Shown piece by piece: positions 8,339 to 17,224 of a stretch of DNA of 24,586 nucleotides. The notes beneath the pieces were generated by a model. The model saw only the letters and a program-made list of their open reading frames with translations. It ran no database searches and was not told the origin of the DNA. The DNA is from a virus (taxonomy: Duplodnaviria > Caudoviricetes): positions 1 to 24,586 of IMG/VR virus record IMGVR_UViG_3300049200_000008. One strand, written 5' to 3'. Made by a program: the position numbers and the translations under genes. The stretch's first letter is position 1, and every line of letters begins with the position of its first letter.

Positions 8339-9556
8339 ATGAGCAACTCGTTCAAAGTCATCGACATGGTCACGCGCGAATCGCTGCGCATCATCCATGA
8401 AAAATCGAGCTTCATCGCCACCACGGACCGCCAGTACGACGATTCGTTCAAGCAGAACGGCAAGGGCAAGCAAGGCGCAAACCTGCGCGTGCGTGAGCCG
8501 AACCAATACCTGCGCCGCCAGGGCTCGCGCATCATGGACGTGCAGGACCAGAGCGAAGCAACGCAGACCATCACCGTCGCAACGCAGGACGGCGTGGACA
8601 TGCGCTTCAACTCGGCCGAGCTGATCCAGTCCGTCAACAGCGATGGCGCCTTCGATGATCTGTCGAAGAACTACATCGAGCCGGCAGTGTGCGCGCTGAT
8701 TTCCGGCATCGAGGCCGATTACATCGCCTACGCCACGAAGCACACCTACCAGGTGGCTGGCACGGCCGGCACGGCAATCACCGACCTGTTGGTGCCTGGC
8801 GCCGCCCGCGCGAAGCTGAACCAGCAAGGTGCGCCGAAGGATGGCCGTCGCTATGTTCAGCTGGACTCGGTCACGTCCGGCCCGTTGGTCAACGGCCTTA
8901 AGGGTCTGTTCCAAGACTCCGGCCAGATCAAGGAACAGTACCGCGAGGGCATGATCGGCCGCACCGCCATGGCCGACTGGCACGAAAACGACCGCGGCTG
9001 GGTCCTGCCGAACAGCGCTGACGTGGCCGGCGAAATCAATGCCGGCACTCTGACCTCGGGCATCACGAGCATCACCGTTGACGGCTTCACCGCCGCCCCG
9101 GTGGCGGGCATGGTGTTCACCATCGAGGGCACGTATGACGTGCACCCCGAGACGAAGGTGGCATATGCGCACCTGAAGCAGTTCGTTGTGACTTCGGCCA
9201 CCACGACCAGCATCAGCTTCGAGCCTGCCTGCATCTACGACACCACGAACCCGCGTCAAAACTGCTCGGGCGCGCCAACCGACAACGACGACATCACCTT
9301 CGTCGGCGCGGCCAGCACCAACTACGCGCAGCACCTCATGTACCACAAGGAAGCGTTCCAGTTCATCACGGCCGACCTGCCGCTGATGGACGACGCCCAC
9401 AAGTGCCAGCGCCGCACCCAGGACGGCATCAGCGTGCGCGTGTGGATGGGTTCCGACATCCGAAACGACGAGCTCCTGCTGCGTCTGGACATCCTGTACG
9501 GCATGGCCGCACTGCGCGCACAACATGCCTGCCGGATGATCGGCGCCGCCAACTAA
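8339..9556 (+). CDS. Major capsid protein, P22 coat-like (405 aa)
   Basis: DRQYDDSF, insertion-domain-like GMVFTIEG..VHPETK..LKQFVVT, YHKEAF, RLDILYG; AGGAG RBS. Confidence 0.93.
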   Translation: MSNSFKVIDMVTRESLRIIHEKSSFIATTDRQYDDSFKQNGKGKQGANLRVREPNQYLRRQGSRIMDVQDQSEATQTITVATQDGVDMRFNSAELIQSVNSDGAFDDLSKNYIEPAVCALISGIEADYIAYATKHTYQVAGTAGTAITDLLVPGAARAKLNQQGAPKDGRRYVQLDSVTSGPLVNGLKGLFQDSGQIKEQYREGMIGRTAMADWHENDRGWVLPNSADVAGEINAGTLTSGITSITVDGFTAAPVAGMVFTIEGTYDVHPETKVAYAHLKQFVVTSATTTSISFEPACIYDTTNPRQNCSGAPTDNDDITFVGAASTNYAQHLMYHKEAFQFITADLPLMDDAHKCQRRTQDGISVRVWMGSDIRNDELLLRLDILYGMAALRAQHACRMIGAAN

Positions 9557-9611
9557 ACCAGCATCGGACGGCGCCAGCCGGTGCCGCCCTCAATTTTAAG
9601 GAGCAAGAGAC

Positions 9612-10115
9612 ATGACCATCAACACCACTATCCCGACCGCGCTCGAAAAGCTCGGCTACGGCGGACCGGACGGCTGCATCGCTGTCGGCCAGCATCGCCA
9701 GGTTATCAACGAGGCGGTTGCAACCCGCACCCTGCTGGCCAAGGAATCGGGCGCACTGTGCCTGTTCGATCTCGCTGCCGGCGTTGTCTACACGCTGCCC
9801 GCCCCGGTTGTCGGCATGCAGTTCAACTTCAGCATTTCCGTTGAAGGAACCGGCTCGTACAAGATCATCACGAACTCCGCATCCGTATTCCTTACGGGCG
9901 GTCTGTTCCTGGTTAGCTTGACGGTTGCAGAGGCAGGCGATGCGTTCGTCGCAAACGGAACCACTCACGTCGCAATCACCATGGATGCCGATACCGAGGG
10001 TCGTCTCAAAGGCCCAATGAACATCCAGCTGACCGCGATCAGCGCGACCCAATGGCACGTTACCGGCTTCGCTACTGGTGCCGGCACCCTGGCCGATCCG
10101 TTCGCAACGTCGTAA
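9612..10115 (+). CDS. Putative capsid decoration or head-fibre protein (167 aa)
   Basis: AAGGAG upstream; lies between the coat gene and a terminator; beta-rich with YTLPAP motif. Confidence 0.6.
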   Translation: MTINTTIPTALEKLGYGGPDGCIAVGQHRQVINEAVATRTLLAKESGALCLFDLAAGVVYTLPAPVVGMQFNFSISVEGTGSYKIITNSASVFLTGGLFLVSLTVAEAGDAFVANGTTHVAITMDADTEGRLKGPMNIQLTAISATQWHVTGFATGAGTLADPFATS

Positions 10116-10119
10116 GCAC

Positions 10120-10147
10120 AATGCCCCGGCTTCGGCTGGGGCATTTT
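10120..10147 (+). terminator. Intrinsic terminator with cUUCGg loop
   Basis: AATGCCCCGGC-TTCG-GCTGGGGCATT-TT. Confidence 0.8.
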
Positions 10148-10162
10148 CCATTGGAGAATCGC

Positions 10163-10675
10163 ATGCTCTACAAACTATTCGTCCCGCTGCAAGCCGTTGG
10201 CGCGAGCTTGGTCTACTTCGACCTGTTCAACATCGGCAACAGCCACGACATGAAAGTCCTGTCGGTCAAGCCTGTCGTATCGGGCGCAACGGCTGTTACT
10301 GGCGTGGTTGCCGTCGATCTGTTCCTGACACGCACGACCGCAGTCGGGACGGGTGGTACGGAAGCGACCGCCGAGGGCACCTCCCTGACTGCCGCCACCA
10401 TCACCGCCGTCGATTCCTCGCAGCAGATCAACCTCAAAGTTGCTAGCGCGCGCTTGACACCCACCGGTGGCGCAACTGCCGGCGCCGTCCTGGCGTGGGA
10501 CAGCGTCTTCACCGAGGAAACGGCAGCTGGCACCTACGAGCAAGCCGAGGATTTGACGGGCGGAGTGCCAATCCTCGTCAAGAGCGCCACGGGCATCCGT
10601 GTTGTTCAAGGTGGCGTGGCGTCGGTCGGCAATATCGGCTTCAACGTCCTTTTCGAACTCACCCCGCGAGGCTGA
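10163..10675 (+). CDS. Beta-rich virion structural protein of unknown role (170 aa)
   Basis: GGAG RBS before ATG 10163; Thr/Ala/Gly/Val-rich. Confidence 0.7.
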   Translation: MLYKLFVPLQAVGASLVYFDLFNIGNSHDMKVLSVKPVVSGATAVTGVVAVDLFLTRTTAVGTGGTEATAEGTSLTAATITAVDSSQQINLKVASARLTPTGGATAGAVLAWDSVFTEETAAGTYEQAEDLTGGVPILVKSATGIRVVQGGVASVGNIGFNVLFELTPRG

Positions 10676-10676
10676 C

Positions 10677-10979
10677 ATGACAACCATGATGCAACACCCA
10701 AAGCACGGCAAGCACCCTGCTACCGGCCATGAAATCGAGCACATGAAGACCTTGGGCTGGACGGTCTGCCCGCCAAAGGTCAAAACCGCACCAGAGGCCC
10801 CACAAGGCGCGCAATCTGTCGGTGCGACTGTTTCCACGTCCGATGCCGTGATCGTGCCGCCAGCGGCTTCCATGAACCGCGACGACATGAAAGCGAAGGC
10901 CGCGAGTCTCGGCATCACGTTCAAGCACAACATCAGCAATGTTGCGCTGGCCGACCTGATCGCGCAGAAGGCTAAATAA
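10677..10979 (+). CDS. Hypothetical protein (100 aa) with a C-terminal HeH/Rho_N-like helical motif
   Basis: GAGG-CTGA-C-ATG coupling; C-terminus RDDMKAKAASLGITFKHNISNVALADLI. Confidence 0.65.
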   Translation: MTTMMQHPKHGKHPATGHEIEHMKTLGWTVCPPKVKTAPEAPQGAQSVGATVSTSDAVIVPPAASMNRDDMKAKAASLGITFKHNISNVALADLIAQKAK

Positions 10980-11623
10980 TGGCCCTGTCCACCTACACGG
11001 AGCTGAAGGCGGCCGTCGCAGACTATCTGCACCGCGCGAACCTGACCGCGCAGGTGGTCGATTTCATCACCTTGGCCGAGTCGGAAATCAATACCGACGT
11101 GCGCATGCGTAAGCAGGAATCGGACGAGACGCTGACGCTGTCGTCGGGCGCGACCACAGTGGCCCTGCCGACACGCTACAGCGAGCCGATCCGCCTCGAC
11201 ATCGTCATTGCCGGCCAGGACAACCGCGAGCTGACATATGTTCCGCCCGCACAGCTCACGGTGCAGGCCACGACTGGCTCGGCCTGCGAGCCAGACTACT
11301 GGACGATCAACGCCGGGAATATTCAGGTCCCGGCGCCGACCGACCAGTCATACACGCTGCTGTTCAAGATGCTGGCCGACTTCGACATCGCCAGCACGAG
11401 CACGAACGCACTGCTGACGAAGTATCCGGGCATCTACCTCTACGGCGCCCTGCTGCAGGCCGCTCCCTACATGGCCAACGACAAGCGCGTTGCGACCTGG
11501 GCAACGATGTATTCGAACTTGGTGGACAAAGCCAACAAGAAGGAAGCGCGCACGCGGAAGCTTGCAACGCTCAATACCGAGCTGCCCAGCACCGGCCGCC
11601 GCACCAACATTTACCGAGGCTGA
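10979..11623 (+). CDS. Head-tail adaptor / tail tubular protein A-like (214 aa)
   Basis: TYTELKAAVADYLHR..FITLAE N-terminus and YPGIYLYGALLQAAPY; position after the head genes. Confidence 0.8.
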   Translation: MALSTYTELKAAVADYLHRANLTAQVVDFITLAESEINTDVRMRKQESDETLTLSSGATTVALPTRYSEPIRLDIVIAGQDNRELTYVPPAQLTVQATTGSACEPDYWTINAGNIQVPAPTDQSYTLLFKMLADFDIASTSTNALLTKYPGIYLYGALLQAAPYMANDKRVATWATMYSNLVDKANKKEARTRKLATLNTELPSTGRRTNIYRG

Positions 11624-11624
11624 T

Positions 11625-13106
11625 ATGGCACTTGAAACCGGAACCGTCATTGCTGACCTGACCGCTACGAATCCGACCGCGAGCGATCCGAAGTCGCAAG
11701 GCGACGATCATTTGCGCCTACTGAAAACGGTGCTGCGCCAGTCGTACGCTGGCTTCACTGGCGCCGTTCTGGTCACTGGCACGGACGGCGGCGCGGCTGA
11801 CGCTTATACGCTCACGCCTACGACTGCGCTGCTCGCCTACGCAAACAAGATGCTGGTGGAGTTCACGCCGAACGCGACGAGCGCGACGACCACGCCGACG
11901 CTCAACATTTCCGGCTTGGGCGCGAAGACGATCATCAGCCAAGCTGGCGCGGCGCTCGCTGCTGCTGATCTGGTATCGGGCCGAACCTATCTGTGCGCCT
12001 ACGACGGCACATACATGCGCCTGATTTCGGTGACGACAGCCTATGTCGATGCTGTGCGCGACTATGCAACACAGCTCGCGTTTTCCGCAGCCCTGCCAGC
12101 GCAGCCAGGCGGCACAGTCCCATACCAACTCCAAACCCTTGGCGGCACTGCCTCATGGGTCACGGACAAGTTGACGCGCAGCGCACGCACTGCCAACACC
12201 ATTTTGGGCTTGGCCGATACCGGGACATTCATTGATGTCACTTCCGGGACGTTCTCGCAGACATTTGACGCGGCGGCCACGCTGGGCGCGGGCTGGTGGG
12301 TGCGCTACCGCAACAGCGGAAGCGGTGCTGTGACGCTTGACCCGAACGGCGCAGAAACGATTGATGGCGTGGCCACGCTCGTTATGCAGCAGGGCAGCAC
12401 GGTAATTATTCAGTGCGACGGCTCCGCGTTCCGCGTTATCCCCGAGTCGCCAGCCGATTATCAGGAATTCACCGTTTCCGGCACGTGGACCAAGCCTGCC
12501 GGGGCGACGTGGGTTTACGTCGAACCGATTGGCGGCGGCGGCGCTGGCGGCAGTTCAAGTGGCGGCTCGAATGATGGAGCGGGCGGTGGCGGCGGCTTGC
12601 AGTGCCCACAACTTTTGCGCGCCTGCGATGTGACGGCAACTGTCACGGTAACGATTGGCGCTGGTGGCACGGCGGCGGCGGCATCAAACGGTGGGGATGG
12701 CGGCAATACGACGTTTGGCGCTTACGCGACAGGCTACGGCGGCCAAGGCGGACGTGGCAATAGCAACGGGGTCGAAGGCGGCAAGGCTGGCGGGGTGATT
12801 GTAGGGCTTGCAAACGGTGTCACGCAAACCGCGCAAATCGGCGGGCACTTTGGCGCGCCGGGTGCCGCCGCTGCCAGCGGCACCGCCTTCATCGGCGGAT
12901 CGACCGTCTTTGGCGGTGCTGGCGGCGGGTCTTCCAGCAATACATCCTCGCATGCTGTTGGCGGCACGTCGCTGTATGGCGGCAATGGTGGCGACGGCGG
13001 CCCATCCGGCACGGCTGGCGCAGCGCCGGGTGGTGGTGGTGGTGGCAACTCAAGCGGAACAGCCTACAGCGGCGGGGCTGGCCGCTGCCGCGTCTGGTGC
13101 TGGTAA
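11625..13106 (+). CDS. Tail fibre protein with a Gly-rich C-terminal domain (493 aa)
   Basis: MALETGT..NP...D..QGDDHLRLLK anchor; FTVSGTWTKPAGA..IGGGGAGG Gly-rich domain. Confidence 0.85.
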   Translation: MALETGTVIADLTATNPTASDPKSQGDDHLRLLKTVLRQSYAGFTGAVLVTGTDGGAADAYTLTPTTALLAYANKMLVEFTPNATSATTTPTLNISGLGAKTIISQAGAALAAADLVSGRTYLCAYDGTYMRLISVTTAYVDAVRDYATQLAFSAALPAQPGGTVPYQLQTLGGTASWVTDKLTRSARTANTILGLADTGTFIDVTSGTFSQTFDAAATLGAGWWVRYRNSGSGAVTLDPNGAETIDGVATLVMQQGSTVIIQCDGSAFRVIPESPADYQEFTVSGTWTKPAGATWVYVEPIGGGGAGGSSSGGSNDGAGGGGGLQCPQLLRACDVTATVTVTIGAGGTAAAASNGGDGGNTTFGAYATGYGGQGGRGNSNGVEGGKAGGVIVGLANGVTQTAQIGGHFGAPGAAAASGTAFIGGSTVFGGAGGGSSSNTSSHAVGGTSLYGGNGGDGGPSGTAGAAPGGGGGGNSSGTAYSGGAGRCRVWCW

Positions 13107-13119
13107 TGGGGAAATAGAT

Positions 13120-13527
13120 ATGCGCGCACATCAAATTGAAAACGGGATTGTGGTCAACACAATTATTGTCGAATCTCTCGACTCCATGCCGGGATTGACG
13201 CTGATCGAGGCGACCACTGGCGGCATTGGTGACAGTGTTGTGAACGGCGTTGTTGTGCCAAGGCCAGCGCCCGAGCCTACCGTCCCCGAATCCGTCCCGA
13301 TGCTCAACGCCTGCCTCGTGCTGATCCAGGCTGGCTACTGGGACGACGTTCGATCTTTCGTGGCCGCGCAGGGCCAGCTTGCTGTCGCCATGTTCGAGCG
13401 TGCGCAGACCATGCGCCGGGATAACGGGCTGGTGAACGCATGGGCGCAGGCGCGCGGCAAGACGGGCGAGCTCGACGGGCTGTTCATCGCTGCCGCCGCA
13501 CTGAACCCGGACGCGATCCATGGCTAA
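13120..13527 (+). CDS. Tail-fibre partner or assembly protein (135 aa)
   Basis: GGGGA RBS; IENGIVVNTI N-terminus and DGLFIAAAAL C-terminus, typical of genes following fibres. Confidence 0.65.
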   Translation: MRAHQIENGIVVNTIIVESLDSMPGLTLIEATTGGIGDSVVNGVVVPRPAPEPTVPESVPMLNACLVLIQAGYWDDVRSFVAAQGQLAVAMFERAQTMRRDNGLVNAWAQARGKTGELDGLFIAAAALNPDAIHG

Positions 13528-15067
13528 GGTTTCAGTGCTGGCGTGCGGCTCGGTCGGCGTCGTCAAAGACATTGGCATCCCGAATCTGCCGCTTGAGGCA
13601 TGGACGGACGCGCGGAATATCCGGTTCCTCGACGGCTCGGCGCTGCAGTTCCTTGGCCACGGCGAGGTGTACAACTCGCCATCCTACGCGCCGCAGTTCG
13701 TCATGCCGGTGTACGTGGCTGGTGTGCGTTACTGGCTGTACCACACGGCCACAAAATCGTTCGTGGTGACCAACTCGGGCGGCGTGGCGGTGCATACCGA
13801 TGTGACGCACGCAACGCCTCGGGCCGGTGTGGTCAATCAGTGGTCCGGCACGGTCTTCGGCGGCATTCCAGTGTTCACCGATGGCGGCGTGGCAAAGGTC
13901 CCGATGTATTGGGATCAGAACCTAGCGAACAATTTTGTAGACCTGACCGCGTGGCCTGCCTCGACTTACTGCGAGTGCATCAAGAGCTTCAAGAATTTGC
14001 TTGTCGCCGGAAACATCACTAAGTCATCGACAAATTACCCGTTCATGATCAAGTGGTCGAACTTGGCTGTACCAGGCTCGCTGCCTTCTTCGTGGGATGA
14101 AACGGACGCCACCAAAGAGGCGGGTGAGTTCGATGTGGGCGAGGGACAAGACCCGATTATCGACCTACTTGGCCTTAAGGATTCGCTGATCATCTACAAG
14201 GAATCGAGCACGCACGCAATTGACTACATCGGCGGCGCCTTCGTCCTCAAGTCGCGCAAGGTCTTCGGCATGTCGGGTCTGATGAACAAGAACTGTGCGG
14301 TGGATGTGGACAGTTTCCACTTCGCCGTGACCGGCTCCGACATCGTGGTCCACGACGGCTACAGCGCCACCTCGATCCTCGACAAGAAGACGCGCCGCAG
14401 TTTCTTCCAGAGCATCGACGTTTCCAATCGTGGGCTGGTCTTCTGCTTCGTCAACCCGTTCCTGAACGAGATTTTTGTCGCCTACCCGAGCATCGGCGCG
14501 ACCAGCTGCGACAAGGCCCTGGTCTACAACTTCAAGGACAAGACGGTCGGATACCGCGACCTGCCGAACATCAACCATGCAGCCTACGGCCCGATCGACA
14601 ACGACCTGGGCGGCGCATGGTCGCAAGACAGCGACTCGTGGGATAGCGACCTGACGGCATGGAATGGCCCGGATTTCACGCCCGACACCGTGCGCGTGAT
14701 GATGGGCAGCGCCGATATCAAGCTGTTCATGATGGACGCATCGGCCAGCTTCGACGGCGTGATTCCATCGGCCTACCTTGAGAAGCGCGGTATCGACTTC
14801 AGCGACCCGGAGCACTACAAGCTGGTGACCAGCATCCGCCCGCGCATTGTCGGCAACACGGGCGAGACCGTGATTATCAAGGTCGGCTATGCAGACAGCC
14901 AAGACGCTGACCCAACGTACGAGAGCTTCACGTTCACTATTGGCGACCTGAAGATCGACCCGCTCGTGTCTGGCCGCTACATCTCGATTCGCTTCGAGAC
15001 CGGCACGGCCTATCAATGGCGGCTCGATTCCTACGACTTCCTGCTCGAGCAAGAAGGTGAGTTCTAA
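13520..15067 (+). CDS. Tail nozzle / DNA stabilization protein (P22 gp10-like role, 515 aa)
   Basis: Size, beta-propeller-like pattern (IKWS, KALVYNF, SGRYISIRF), position before the ejection genes. Confidence 0.8.
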   Translation: MAKVSVLACGSVGVVKDIGIPNLPLEAWTDARNIRFLDGSALQFLGHGEVYNSPSYAPQFVMPVYVAGVRYWLYHTATKSFVVTNSGGVAVHTDVTHATPRAGVVNQWSGTVFGGIPVFTDGGVAKVPMYWDQNLANNFVDLTAWPASTYCECIKSFKNLLVAGNITKSSTNYPFMIKWSNLAVPGSLPSSWDETDATKEAGEFDVGEGQDPIIDLLGLKDSLIIYKESSTHAIDYIGGAFVLKSRKVFGMSGLMNKNCAVDVDSFHFAVTGSDIVVHDGYSATSILDKKTRRSFFQSIDVSNRGLVFCFVNPFLNEIFVAYPSIGATSCDKALVYNFKDKTVGYRDLPNINHAAYGPIDNDLGGAWSQDSDSWDSDLTAWNGPDFTPDTVRVMMGSADIKLFMMDASASFDGVIPSAYLEKRGIDFSDPEHYKLVTSIRPRIVGNTGETVIIKVGYADSQDADPTYESFTFTIGDLKIDPLVSGRYISIRFETGTAYQWRLDSYDFLLEQEGEF

Positions 15068-15342
15068 TGCGCACCCCGAACCTCGGCACTATCAGCTTTA
15101 ACCCCGCCGATCCGCCCGCCGATCCGAAGGAGTTGCAGCGCTACTTGCGCGAGCAGAACGCCGTCCTGTCGGCGGTGATTGCAGCGCTGGCCGCTGGCCA
15201 CCTCGACCAGACCTATGTGGCCCCGGCCAAGCCCCGTGACGGGGATATCCGGTATGCGGACGGCACGAGTTGGGACCCAGTAAGCGGCAAGGGCCTGTAC
15301 ATGCACAACGGCACCACGTGGGTGCTTATCAAAGCGCTGTAG
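15067..15342 (+). CDS. Small tail protein, possible needle or plug (91 aa)
   Basis: TAATG overlap; short helix followed by PRDGDIRYADG..WDP..G.GLY....W. Confidence 0.6.
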   Translation: MRTPNLGTISFNPADPPADPKELQRYLREQNAVLSAVIAALAAGHLDQTYVAPAKPRDGDIRYADGTSWDPVSGKGLYMHNGTTWVLIKAL

Positions 15343-15357
15343 CGCAAAAGGAAAGAC

Positions 15358-15642
15358 ATGGGACTTTTGGACGCACTTCAGCCGCAGCAGCAACAGGGCG
15401 GCGGGCTGCTTGGCGGCATACCTCAGCAGGAGGCGCCACAGGCTGGCGGTGATGGCATGCAAATGCTGCAGCAGCTGATGCAAAACCCGACACCCGAGGC
15501 GGCACAAGGCATGGCCCAGCAGCTGCAGCAAAAGGGGCCGGAAGGCGCGCAGATGGCGCAAATGCTCATGGGTGTGGCGAACGATCCAGAAGGCATCAAG
15601 AAGTTCGCCGCCGCTGTCATGCAGCAGATCGGCGGCCAGTGA
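15358..15642 (+). CDS. Gln/Gly/Met-rich hypothetical protein (94 aa), possible internal virion protein
   Basis: AAGGA RBS; MGLLD start shared with the 17225 protein. Confidence 0.7.
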   Translation: MGLLDALQPQQQQGGGLLGGIPQQEAPQAGGDGMQMLQQLMQNPTPEAAQGMAQQLQQKGPEGAQMAQMLMGVANDPEGIKKFAAAVMQQIGGQ

Positions 15643-16091
15643 TGGATGTCGTTGCGCATGCCGGGGCCGAACTGATCGAGAAATCGAGCATCGAGCAGCT
15701 TGAAGCCATGATCCTGACCGTGCCGCAGGTAGACCTGAAGACCGAACAGGCGCTGTCAGGCGGCGTCTATGCGAGAACCATCTGCATCCCGGCCGGTACG
15801 GTACTGACGGGAGCTACCCACAAGAAGGACCACATAAACGTCCTTTTTGGTGACATCACGGTCACCACCGACGATGGCCCAGTTCGGCTGACCGGCTATC
15901 ACGTAATTCCAACAAAAGCAGGAAGCAAGCGCGCCGGCATCGCGCATGCAGATACGACTTGGACGACGCTTTGTGCCACTGAGCTGACCGACTTCGAACA
16001 GATCGAGGACGAACTTGTGGTGGAAAGCAATCGCCTACAAACACGACTGCCAGCATTGCCTGGCCCGACTATCGAACTACTGGAGGAATAA
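15642..16091 (+). CDS. Cupin-like phage protein (149 aa)
   Basis: GVYARTICIPAGTVLTGATHKKDH..GDITV double-stranded beta-helix pattern; TGATG overlap (alternative GTG start at 15639). Confidence 0.7.
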   Translation: MDVVAHAGAELIEKSSIEQLEAMILTVPQVDLKTEQALSGGVYARTICIPAGTVLTGATHKKDHINVLFGDITVTTDDGPVRLTGYHVIPTKAGSKRAGIAHADTTWTTLCATELTDFEQIEDELVVESNRLQTRLPALPGPTIELLEE

Positions 16092-16093
16092 TC

Positions 16094-17215
16094 ATGGCTT
16101 TCGGACTTTCAGCAGGTGCGGTAGGTCTTATTGCAGGCGGTCTTGGTGCTGCAGCAGGCGTGTATTCGGCAAACAAGAACGCCGATGCCATGGAAAGCTC
16201 GAACGCCGCACAGATCGAAGCCAACAAGCTCGATCCGCGCGTGACGGGCATGCTCTACGGCCCTGACGGCACAACTGGACAAGGACTGATTGATCGCTAC
16301 AAGGGCTTGCTCGATCAGCCGCAGATGGCCGGGCAAGCGATCTACGGGCAGGCGGGCGACAACTACGTCGGCAAGTTCGGCGCGTACGACATGGAGCAGC
16401 AGCGCGATGCGGCCAACAAGTTGATGGGCGGCGGCATGCTGGCGCCGCTGGTCAAGGCCCCATCGCAGAACGAAATTGACCTGAAACCAGCATACGAGCG
16501 CTTCATCAACGGCGCACCGGGGGCAAATCCGTTCTTGACCAAGGCGATCGGCAGCGGCATCGACATGTCGAAGGCTGCCTTCACGCAGGCACAGGACGAC
16601 TCGACCAAGAACCTGATGGAAAAGGTGCTACCGTCGATTCGCAGCAATGCCGTGATCGCTGGCCAATACGGCGGCTCGCGCCAGGGTGTGGCAGAGGGTA
16701 ACGCCATTGGCGACTTCCAGACCGAGCAGCAGCGTTCCTTGACGAACTTCGGCCTTGGCAATACGAAAGCCGGTGTTGACGCGCAAGCCGGGGCGTACGA
16801 GACCGACCAGAACCGCGCACTGTCGGCCACACAGGACTTGAGCGGCAAGCAGTACGGCACGGCGCACGCGAACAACGCGGCGATCATGGACACGAACCGC
16901 CTGAACAGCGCGAACATGGTGGCAGGCATCGGGGCAAATTCTGGCATCCTGGCTGGCGCCTACGGGGTGGCAGGCAATCAGGATCAATACGACCTGAATA
17001 AAGCAGGTTCCGTCAACGGCCTGCTGCAGCCCTACCTGTCGAAGAACCCGGTCCCTACCACGCTTCAGCCGACGTACGGCAGTACGGCAGGCGCGGCGCT
17101 GGGCGGCGCTGCGGCGGGCCTTGGCCTGTGGAACCAGTACCAACAGATGCAGACGCCGAAGCCGTCGTCTTGGGACACGCGCACCGCTGGCTACAGTGCC
17201 GGCACCGGCTATTAA
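16094..17215 (+). CDS. DNA ejection protein 1 (P22 gp7-like position, 373 aa)
   Basis: GGAGG RBS; Gly/Ala hydrophobic ends, Gln/Asn-rich helical core, GQYGGSRQGVAEG. Confidence 0.75.
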   Translation: MAFGLSAGAVGLIAGGLGAAAGVYSANKNADAMESSNAAQIEANKLDPRVTGMLYGPDGTTGQGLIDRYKGLLDQPQMAGQAIYGQAGDNYVGKFGAYDMEQQRDAANKLMGGGMLAPLVKAPSQNEIDLKPAYERFINGAPGANPFLTKAIGSGIDMSKAAFTQAQDDSTKNLMEKVLPSIRSNAVIAGQYGGSRQGVAEGNAIGDFQTEQQRSLTNFGLGNTKAGVDAQAGAYETDQNRALSATQDLSGKQYGTAHANNAAIMDTNRLNSANMVAGIGANSGILAGAYGVAGNQDQYDLNKAGSVNGLLQPYLSKNPVPTTLQPTYGSTAGAALGGAAAGLGLWNQYQQMQTPKPSSWDTRTAGYSAGTGY

Positions 17216-17224
17216 GGAAGAAAC

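Noticed and set aside
9568-9590. Hairpin after the coat gene as a terminator or recoding signal
   Set aside because: No adjacent U-tract and no slippery site; the next gene has its own RBS
10667-11627. CGAGGCTGA-N-ATG repeated at two gene junctions
   Set aside because: Explained by overlapping RBS, stop and start constraints
12520-13090. GGC/GGT repeats as a tandem repeat or diversity-generating retroelement target
   Set aside because: Explained by glycine codons; no reverse transcriptase or template/variable repeat pair seen in the window
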